Below are positions 57,377 to 64,000 of a stretch of DNA of 64,000 nt, piece after piece; within the stretch, counting starts at the first letter, position 1; every line of letters starts with the position of its first letter. The notes below the pieces were generated by a model that saw only the letters and a program-made list of their open reading frames with translations, did no database searches and was not told the DNA's origin. This DNA is from an uncultured virus (IMG/VR IMGVR_UViG_3300049744_000074) (Duplodnaviria > Heunggongvirae > Uroviricota > Caudoviricetes): the IMG/VR virus record IMGVR_UViG_3300049744_000074, one strand, 5' to 3'. The position numbers and the translations under genes were made by a program.

Positions 57377-58144
57377 GTGCCCGAGCCGTTTCGATCCCCC
57401 TTCGTCAAACCCAGCCGCGAAGACCTGGTCAACCGCTTTTCCTACCACGCGCCGCGCGGCGACCAGCCCAGCCGGTTCAACCGGATCCGGACGACGATCC
57501 TGGTGGCGGCGATCGATATCGTCGACCTCACGCCCTGCTCCCCGGAGCAGACGCGGGCGCTCAACGCGCTGGATGAGGCGATGTGCCTGGCCAATGCCGC
57601 GATCGCGCGCGGGGAAATGTCCGTGCACGAGCCGGCCGGGAGCACGGCACCAAGTGGTGGCGGACGCCCGCTGACGACGCGCAGCCGCGTGATGATCTGC
57701 GAGGGAGGCCTGCGAGGATGCGATGGCCGGATCCTCTCGGACAAGACGGGCATCGCTGGCGTCTGGTGGGTGGGTGTTGATAGGGATCCGGCGGGCCGGC
57801 CGTGGCGTTCCGGGCCTCCGCAGATGTTCCGGGAGTACGAGCTGCACGTTCTGCCCGAGGAATCGGATGAGGAATTCGAGATCTCGGTCAATGACTGGCT
57901 GGTCGCGCGGGCGATCGGCCAGACGGCCGCATCTCCCGCCACGCCTGCACCGGTGCAGCTCACGCCGGCCACACCGCTCAACAGCGACGTGGCGGCCGGC
58001 GACATGGACCTGCCCAACGCCTGCGGGGCGCTCACCGAGCCAGCGGCCGCCGTCGAGACGCTTGCGTCGACCTCTCCGGCCATCGAAGACCCCGCCCCCG
58101 CCCCCGAACAGGCCGCCCCCGCGGCAGAGGGTGGTGCCGCTTGA
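57377..58144 (+). CDS. Acb2/Tad1-like helical-hairpin protein with C-terminal extension
   Basis: AAGGAG RBS; NRFSYHAPRGDQ..F..IR...P.SPEQTRALNALDEAMCLANAAIAR. Confidence 0.6.
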   Translation: MPEPFRSPFVKPSREDLVNRFSYHAPRGDQPSRFNRIRTTILVAAIDIVDLTPCSPEQTRALNALDEAMCLANAAIARGEMSVHEPAGSTAPSGGGRPLTTRSRVMICEGGLRGCDGRILSDKTGIAGVWWVGVDRDPAGRPWRSGPPQMFREYELHVLPEESDEEFEISVNDWLVARAIGQTAASPATPAPVQLTPATPLNSDVAAGDMDLPNACGALTEPAAAVETLASTSPAIEDPAPAPEQAAPAAEGGAA

Positions 58145-58479
58145 AGGACGAGACCCCCACCACCCCCACCCCCGCCACCCACCTGCCGGCCCACCCGCTC
58201 GAAGCGCAGATGCGCGATCCGTCGATCCTGCTGCCGCACGCGATCGAGCTGGCGATGTCCAAGGCCCGCGACCTGCAGGACCAGCTCGAGACGATGGACC
58301 CGGAGACCGGCGCCCCGCTGGGCGAGATCTCGCAGGTCCTGGTGAAGCTGACCGAGGCGGGCCAGTGGTGCCGGACCCTGGGCGACATCATGGCGCATCT
58401 CCAGTCGCTGCGCAACCGCGGGCCGGCGGGGGGGGGAATTGTCATCGCCAAGAGCATGCCGCGGGACCTGGAGAGCTGA
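58141..58479 (+). CDS. Hypothetical phage protein
   Basis: Coupled ORF; GC3-rich. Confidence 0.55.
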   Translation: MKDETPTTPTPATHLPAHPLEAQMRDPSILLPHAIELAMSKARDLQDQLETMDPETGAPLGEISQVLVKLTEAGQWCRTLGDIMAHLQSLRNRGPAGGGIVIAKSMPRDLES

Positions 58480-58499
58480 TCGTGGTGACACGCAAGGAA

Positions 58500-58814
58500 A
58501 TGGAGGCCCGCCTGGTCAAGCACGGGACGATGCTCGCCGCCTGGGGCACGACGGTGCTGGTGGGGTTCCTGCGGTCGGCCGAGACGCTCTATCCGACGTC
58601 CGTCCGCCGGCTGGAGATCTGGGACCAGGCGCGGATCCTGGCGATGGTGGTCGGCGATCGTGTGCAGGTGCGCCTCGCCCAGGAGCCGGTGCCCGACGTG
58701 ATGGACGAGCGGCAATTCCTGGTGCAGCTGCAGGCGGTCGACCGGGCCTATGCCCTGGAGCTGCTCAAGGAAGGGGACCGGATCACCGGCCGCGACAAGG
58801 CGCGGCGCAACTGA
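58500..58814 (+). CDS. Hypothetical phage protein
   Basis: GC3-rich frame; start uncertain. Confidence 0.5.
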   Translation: MEARLVKHGTMLAAWGTTVLVGFLRSAETLYPTSVRRLEIWDQARILAMVVGDRVQVRLAQEPVPDVMDERQFLVQLQAVDRAYALELLKEGDRITGRDKARRN

Positions 58815-58844
58815 CATGTCTGTTTTTCGAGCAGGGAGGCTCAG

Positions 58845-59069
58845 GTGGAGCAATTTCAGAAAGGGCAGCGGGTGGTGGTGACGGCCGAGGATCATGCGTG
58901 CGCCGGCAAGGCCGGCACGGTGGCCCGGGCGATCGACGGGGGCGTGCGCGCGTGGGTGGACCTGGATGAAGCGCCGCCGGAGCGGGTGCGGGCGTTTTCG
59001 CCCGAGGATGCCCTGCGGTCGCATTGGGTGAAGCTGTTTCCCGAGGACTGCGAACTGGAGAGATCATGA
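58845..59069 (+). CDS. Small SH3/KOW-like protein
   Basis: FQKGQRVVV......GKAGTV......WVDLD; GGAGG RBS. Confidence 0.55.
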   Translation: MEQFQKGQRVVVTAEDHACAGKAGTVARAIDGGVRAWVDLDEAPPERVRAFSPEDALRSHWVKLFPEDCELERS

Positions 59070-59461
59070 CCGAGGAAGAACTGGCCAAGTTGAAATCGCG
59101 GGCGGGGACGCCGGCCATCCAGCTGCGCGTCGAGATCGCGCCACTGGACAAGTGGGAAATCTGCAAATGCGGGTGCGGGGCGCCCAATCCGGATGTGAAC
59201 GCGGTGAGCCATGCTGATTTTCGCTCCCTGCCATTAGCCACGGCGGCCTGCTGCCTGGCCGCTGCGTATGCACGAATCAATCAGCTGCTGGGCGATCTGC
59301 TAAGCCGACTGCCGGCGGAAGCACGCGCGGGCTTCGTGGCGATCCTCCAGGAGCAGGCCCGCGAGTACAGCCAGGTGGAGGCTGCCGCGATCCCGCGCGA
59401 GCAGATCGGTCAGGCGGAGGCATGCTTTTTTCCACCGGCGCGAGCGCCCGGCGTCGGGTGA
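59066..59461 (+). CDS. CxCGC-motif protein, tandem paralog 1
   Basis: RVEIAP.DKWEICKCGCG...RSLP...FPPAR.PG. Confidence 0.6.
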   Translation: MTEEELAKLKSRAGTPAIQLRVEIAPLDKWEICKCGCGAPNPDVNAVSHADFRSLPLATAACCLAAAYARINQLLGDLLSRLPAEARAGFVAILQEQAREYSQVEAAAIPREQIGQAEACFFPPARAPGVG

Positions 59462-59507
59462 CTCATGCGCGGGCGTTGCGACTGTTTCCTGATGAACTGG
59501 AGAAATC

Positions 59508-59897
59508 ATGAGCGAAGTGGCCAAGCCAACCCCCCGGCCGATCATCGAGGTGCGCGTCGAGCTGGGGCCCCCGGACGCTTGGGAGAAATGCGACTGTGGA
59601 TGCGGCTCACCCGTGTGCACCTTCCGGTCTGCCAATCTGTTCGACACGCGGTCATTGCCAAACGCCGACGCCGTCGCCGACGCGATTGCGATCCTGATCT
59701 GTGAAATGCGGGCGCTCCACCAGCAGGCCTTGGAGAGCGTGGAGCCTGGGAGGCGGGCGAAGATGGCGGCGCGGATCGCGCAGCAGTCGGCCCAACGCTG
59801 GGAAGTCCGGCAGGTGGCCTCCGGGTTCGAAGGAGCGGCCGCGGTGGCGGTGCGCGATGCGATCTTCCCGCCGGCCCGCATGCCGGGGAAAGGCTGA
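59508..59897 (+). CDS. CxCGC-motif protein, tandem paralog 2
   Basis: RVELGP.DAWEKCDCGCG...RSLP...FPPAR.PG. Confidence 0.6.
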   Translation: MSEVAKPTPRPIIEVRVELGPPDAWEKCDCGCGSPVCTFRSANLFDTRSLPNADAVADAIAILICEMRALHQQALESVEPGRRAKMAARIAQQSAQRWEVRQVASGFEGAAAVAVRDAIFPPARMPGKG

Positions 59898-59900
59898 CCC

Positions 59901-60194
59901 ATGCGCGAGCGCCGGGAGCATCGCGAGGACCTGTTCGGCGTCGACGCCGCGGCGGACCGCGAGCTGGTCGACACCGAGGAAGCGGCGCGGATCGCCGGCG
60001 AGACGGTCAACGCGTTCCTCACCGGCGTGGAGACCGGCCTGTACCCCAAGTGGCACGGCTGGCCGGACGTGAAGCGGCAGTACGTGTGGACCCCGCGGGG
60101 GTGGAAGAAATACCCCCGCTGGCGGCGCGGCGATGTGATCGCGGCCGTCGCCCGGCGCAACGAGCGGTCCCCCTTCGGCCGCCGACGGGATTGA
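59901..60194 (+). CDS. Excisionase/AlpA-like winged-HTH protein
   Basis: LVDTEEAARIAG...GLYPK...RWRRGDV. Confidence 0.55.
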   Translation: MRERREHREDLFGVDAAADRELVDTEEAARIAGETVNAFLTGVETGLYPKWHGWPDVKRQYVWTPRGWKKYPRWRRGDVIAAVARRNERSPFGRRRD

Positions 60195-60213
60195 CCTCAG
60201 GAGACCACGGACG

Positions 60214-60984
60214 GTGTCGGAAGAGGATGACAGTTATTTCGGCCGCAAGCGGGCACTGGTCCGCAATGCGCTCGCCGAGATGAAAGGATTGGCGTCCAAG
60301 GTGATGCACGTGCTGGAACTCAGACAGGACACCCGCACCGCGCTGGTGGAGATCGGCACCGCCGAACTGGCGGCGGCCGCCGGCAGCGATCGCCGCGACG
60401 TGGCACGGGCGCTCCAGGACCTGGTGGAGCTGCGCACCATCGAGATCCTCGACGAGGGGGGCGGCTTCGGCCACAAGAAACGCATCCGCCTCCTGGTCAC
60501 TCCGCCCCCCGCCTCCCGCCCCTCCTCGCCCCAACAACAGGGGGAAAATCCCCCGGAACTACAGGGGGATTTTCCCACATCTACTGGGGGAATTTCTTCA
60601 GCTACTGGGGGATTTACCACAGGCTACGGGGGGAAATTCCCCCCCCGATCTCTACAACTGCAATCTACACACACTACAGGGAACGGGCCGGCCGACTACG
60701 GGGGGAAATTCCCCCCCTTTCAGAATGGCACCGCCCCGTCCTCCCCACCCCCCCACCGACGCCCCCCCCACCCACCGGGTTCTTCGGAAGAACGGGAGGA
60801 GTTTTTGCGCGGCAAGGGGATCTATCCCAAGTCGGCGCGCAAGTACGCCCGGCTCTTCACGCTCAAGCGGTTGTGCGAGTTGTGGCGCGAGGTCGACGGC
60901 AATCCCCGGCTCAAAGGAGCGAAGCGTGCGGCGGCGTTCGCCGTCGTGCTCAAGGAACACGCCCCGGAACGTCCGGGCGAATGA
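60214..60984 (+). CDS. Phage replication initiator (wHTH) with internal origin
   Basis: AELAAAAGSDRRDVARALQDLVE HTH; iterons in the linker. Confidence 0.7.
   Translation: MSEEDDSYFGRKRALVRNALAEMKGLASKVMHVLELRQDTRTALVEIGTAELAAAAGSDRRDVARALQDLVELRTIEILDEGGGFGHKKRIRLLVTPPPASRPSSPQQQGENPPELQGDFPTSTGGISSATGGFTTGYGGKFPPRSLQLQSTHTTGNGPADYGGKFPPFQNGTAPSSPPPHRRPPHPPGSSEEREEFLRGKGIYPKSARKYARLFTLKRLCELWREVDGNPRLKGAKRAAAFAVVLKEHAPERPGE
60535..60717 (+). repeat. Replication-origin iterons
   Basis: CTACNGGGGGAWWT at 60559, 60581, 60602, 60624 and 60696, plus a variant at 60535. Confidence 0.75.
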
Positions 60985-61008
60985 ACTTTTTCGAGAGAGG
61001 AATTCCCC

Positions 61009-62922
61009 ATGCCCACCAAAACGGCAAAGCGCCCATCTCCCCCCACCCCGCGGAACCTGCGCGCGGCGGCCGACGCCGTCGACCACGCGCTCCAGGGCGC
61101 CGCGGCTTCGCGGTACCCGGTCCAGGATGTGCCCTGCGCGGAGATCGTCGACGACGGACACAATCACCGCGAGAACATCAAGGCCGACGACGCGGCGATC
61201 GCGGAGCTGGCCAAGTCGATGGGCGAGGGCGGGCAGCTGCAGGCGGTGCGCGTGTTCCGCGGGGCCGACGGGAAATATCACCTGATCTTCGGGTTCCGCC
61301 GGCTGCAGGCGGGCCGGAAATTAAAGTGGCCGACGATCCGGGCGGAAGTGGTGCCGATCGTGGTCAGTGACGCCGAGCGCCACCGCCAGCGGGCCGAGGA
61401 GAACCTCAAGCGGCGCAACCTGACGCCCGCGGAGGAGACCATCGCGGTGCACGAGCTGGTGGAGGCCAACGCCCCGATGCACGGCCTGGAGAAGGCGATC
61501 GACAAGGCGGCGGCGGACCTGGGCCAGTCGCGCAAGTGGGTCGATGACCGCTACCGCGTCTTTGAGAAACTCTGCAAGGCCGGGCGCATCCTGCTGGGGG
61601 AAGGGAAGCTCAACCTGGGCCAGGCGCGGGCGCTGATCAAGATCGGCGACGGCGACGTCCAGGAGATGCACGCGAAAGATATCGCCCGATCGTTCGACCG
61701 CGGCGCGATGATCAGCGTGCAGCAGGTGGAAGGGTTTGTCCAGGATCACAAGCACTCGCTGAAGGTGGTGCCCTGGGACGTCGGGGCATCGATGAAGACC
61801 GGCGTGAAGGGATGCGACCGCTGCATCGGCTGCGCGCACAACACGGCCACCAACCCGACCTTTTTCGATGTGGGCAAGGACGAGGCGAAGGACGGCGTCG
61901 GGAGCTGCACGCTGTCGCTGGGCTTCGAGGCCAAGGAGCAGATGACGGCCAAGGCGCAGCAGGAGGCGGTCAAGAAGATCCGGAAGCAGGTGCAGAGCAA
62001 GCAGGTCGAGAAATCGAGCGCGGCGTCGGCGCCGGTGGTGCGCGAGGCCGTCGAGGAGTATGTGCGGCCGGAGACGGTGCAGCGGCTGGTGAAAAAGGAG
62101 ATGGGGGCGCCCAAGGAAGCCGCGGGCAAGGGGACGAAGGGGGCGAAGGGGGGGGCGGCCAAGCCGGCGAAAAAGGAGACCGAGAAGGATCGGCGCTGCA
62201 AGGCGCAGGCGAAGTGGGCCAACGCCTTCGGGGAGTGGCGCAGGCAGCTGGACCAGGAAGTCGACCGTGTTCTGCAGAAGGATCCGCACCTTCTGCTGGC
62301 GATGGCCGCGATCAACCTTTCCGCGGCCGCAGATTCGCATGAGCAGTACCTGCTTTACTACTGGGAAGGGTCCGGCTTTGCCGAGCCCAAGCCGGAGAAG
62401 GCGGTCTCGCCCAAGCTGGCGGCGATGCTGGATCGCGTGCAGACGCGCAGCTACGAGTCGCTGCTGGCGTTGGCCGCGGAGCCGCACCCCGATCTGATGT
62501 TTAACAGCCTCGTCACCCACGGCGGTCCCGAGTTCTGCAGCCGGATCGCGAAGGCGTTCGGGGTGACGCCCAAGAAGCCGCAGCCGGTGTTCGAGGATTT
62601 CCTGCCCGAGGATCTGCGGCCCACGAAGCCCGAGACGAAACCCACTGAAGCGAAGGCCGCGGCCGCGGGCAAGTCCATTCCGTTTCCCGACGGCGCTGTC
62701 GTGGCGCTCCGCATGGGCGGCGACGTGGGCCACGTCGTCGGCCACACCGGCAACCAGCTGAGCGTCAAGTGGCTAGACGGGTCGGAGTCGACGGTGGCGC
62801 AATCGAAACTGCGAATCGCGACCCTGACCGAAGTCGAGGAATACCACGGTCGGCGCAACACCAAACCTGACGATTTCGAGGACGAGGACGAGGGCCGCGC
62901 GGGCGACTCTCGCGACGAGTAA
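61009..62922 (+). CDS. ParB/Srx N-terminal domain protein
   Basis: IAELAKSM...GQLQAV...LIFGFRRLQA, ENLKRRNLTPAEE. Confidence 0.85.
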   Translation: MPTKTAKRPSPPTPRNLRAAADAVDHALQGAAASRYPVQDVPCAEIVDDGHNHRENIKADDAAIAELAKSMGEGGQLQAVRVFRGADGKYHLIFGFRRLQAGRKLKWPTIRAEVVPIVVSDAERHRQRAEENLKRRNLTPAEETIAVHELVEANAPMHGLEKAIDKAAADLGQSRKWVDDRYRVFEKLCKAGRILLGEGKLNLGQARALIKIGDGDVQEMHAKDIARSFDRGAMISVQQVEGFVQDHKHSLKVVPWDVGASMKTGVKGCDRCIGCAHNTATNPTFFDVGKDEAKDGVGSCTLSLGFEAKEQMTAKAQQEAVKKIRKQVQSKQVEKSSAASAPVVREAVEEYVRPETVQRLVKKEMGAPKEAAGKGTKGAKGGAAKPAKKETEKDRRCKAQAKWANAFGEWRRQLDQEVDRVLQKDPHLLLAMAAINLSAAADSHEQYLLYYWEGSGFAEPKPEKAVSPKLAAMLDRVQTRSYESLLALAAEPHPDLMFNSLVTHGGPEFCSRIAKAFGVTPKKPQPVFEDFLPEDLRPTKPETKPTEAKAAAAGKSIPFPDGAVVALRMGGDVGHVVGHTGNQLSVKWLDGSESTVAQSKLRIATLTEVEEYHGRRNTKPDDFEDEDEGRAGDSRDE

Positions 62923-62943
62923 TCCGCCGCCAGGGAGGGCGCC

Positions 62944-64000
62944 ATGTCCAAACGCATGATCAGAGCGCGGGGTGCGGGCGACGGTGTGCTGAAACACCAG
63001 CCGCCGTCGCTCGGTTTCTGCACGGAAACCGGGTGCCTCGAATTTGCCCAGGTGTCCGATCCGGAATGCCCCGACACGCTCAAGTTCAAATGCGCGAAGC
63101 ACGAGATCGCGGCCCGGGCCCGCGGCGAGACCGGGATCCGGGCGCCGGTGCTCAGCGAGTTCCAGGAGCTCGCCGGCAGCAACGCCCGCTTCAACGGCCA
63201 GATCTCGACCCCGGACAACCCGGCGCAAGTCTTCCGCACGCCGCCCGCCTGGGGCCGGCCGGTGGTGGAGCTCGACGACGCCGGCGGGCTGGTGCAGCGG
63301 TGGGAGACGGCGGCCGCCGCGGCCGAGGCCCTGGACGTGGCGCGGGCGGCGCTCTCGGAATCGCTGCGCAAGGGCTATCGCTCGGGCGGCCGCCGCGTCG
63401 CCTGGGAGGACGAGTGGAAGCGGTCCCGGGAACTATCAGCAGGAAAGGAGCCAGCATGTACAGCGGAACCGATACCGGCGGAGCTGGAGATCTCCCCACC
63501 GAGTGCAATCCCGAGCGAGGCAGTTACCGCGGAAGAGAATATGCCCTCTGGTTCAACGGACGTCACTGGATCGGAACCCTCAGCCCCACCGGGCAGGGAT
63601 GGTCCGCCACCCGCGACGGATTGCTCACACTCATTCGATACGCCATCGATCGAAGCAACGCCGGCGGAGTTGTCGGCGATTGACCCCCCACCCCCCCCCA
63701 CCCCCAACCCCAAAAGGAAAGAGAGGATTCCCGTGAAACCACCCAAACCCATCGAGGCGATCGACGAGGAGGGCAAGCGGCACGCGTTCCCCACCGCGAT
63801 CGAGGCCGCCGCATTTACCGGCGTTGCCGCATCGGCGGCGCGCAAATGCGCCCACACTGACGGCAAGTGGGTGAAGTGCCGCGCCACCGGCAAGCGCTGG
63901 ACGTTCGCGTTCGTCGATGGGCAGGCGAGCAAGCAGGCGCTGGTGAAAGCCTCCGCGGAGACCCTGCGGGTGCGTGGGGAGCTGCCGGCGGCGCCGATGG
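62944..64000 (+). CDS. Protein with two NUMOD1-like HTH modules; 3' partial, absent from the ORF track
   Basis: GGAGG RBS; frame open to the window end; RPVVELDDAG.LVQRWETAAAAAEAL and KPIEAIDEEG..F.TAIEAA. Confidence 0.6.
   Translation, partial: MSKRMIRARGAGDGVLKHQPPSLGFCTETGCLEFAQVSDPECPDTLKFKCAKHEIAARARGETGIRAPVLSEFQELAGSNARFNGQISTPDNPAQVFRTPPAWGRPVVELDDAGGLVQRWETAAAAAEALDVARAALSESLRKGYRSGGRRVAWEDEWKRSRELSAGKEPACTAEPIPAELEISPPSAIPSEAVTAEENMPSGSTDVTGSEPSAPPGRDGPPPATDCSHSFDTPSIEATPAELSAIDPPPPPTPNPKRKERIPVKPPKPIEAIDEEGKRHAFPTAIEAAAFTGVAASAARKCAHTDGKWVKCRATGKRWTFAFVDGQASKQALVKASAETLRVRGELPAAPM
63456..63683 (+). CDS. Small ORF nested in the linker of 62944..>64000
   Basis: GAAAGGAG RBS; globular-looking GSYRGREYALWFNGRHWIG. 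Confidence 0.5.
   Translation: MYSGTDTGGAGDLPTECNPERGSYRGREYALWFNGRHWIGTLSPTGQGWSATRDGLLTLIRYAIDRSNAGGVVGD

Larger units (their letters stand above)
23948..64000. mobile_element. Prophage with podovirus-like gene layout; continues past the window end
   Basis: Terminase, portal, scaffold, capsid and a giant internal protein; no tape-measure or sheath gene seen; GC content visibly rises after the tRNA fragment. Confidence 0.9.

Overview
The window has three parts. (1) Bases 1-636 are the 3' end of a host glycoside hydrolase family 2-type gene. (2) Roughly 1.5-24.0 kb is an integrative mobilizable element or integrated plasmid. It carries iterons, an IncW/pBBR1-like RepA, ParA plus an RHH partner, a leftward 'leading region' (ArdC, DNA methyltransferase, two copies of a conserved long hairpin), a prepilin cargo gene, a MOBF relaxase, a resolvase-WGR cassette, a HEAT-repeat protein, a sigma-like factor, a coupling-type ATPase, and a large serine recombinase whose stop codon lies inside a 3' tRNA-Pro(GGG) fragment. 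(3) From about 24.0 kb to the window end is a high-GC prophage with a podovirus-like layout, abutting the same tRNA fragment. It carries terminase, portal, scaffold and capsid genes, a lipoprotein/hydrolase/calpain-like cluster, a 2650-aa polyvalent virion protein, a divergent RHH switch, an Acb2/Tad1-like protein, a replication initiator with internal iterons, and a ParB-like gene. The most striking signal is a set of small genes nested in the +1 frame inside the giant virion gene, next to its ART-like and zeta-toxin-like domains. They have their own RBSs and a candidate internal promoter. The host is probably a planctomycete (inference from gene style only). All functional calls come from motif recognition by eye; no searches were run.
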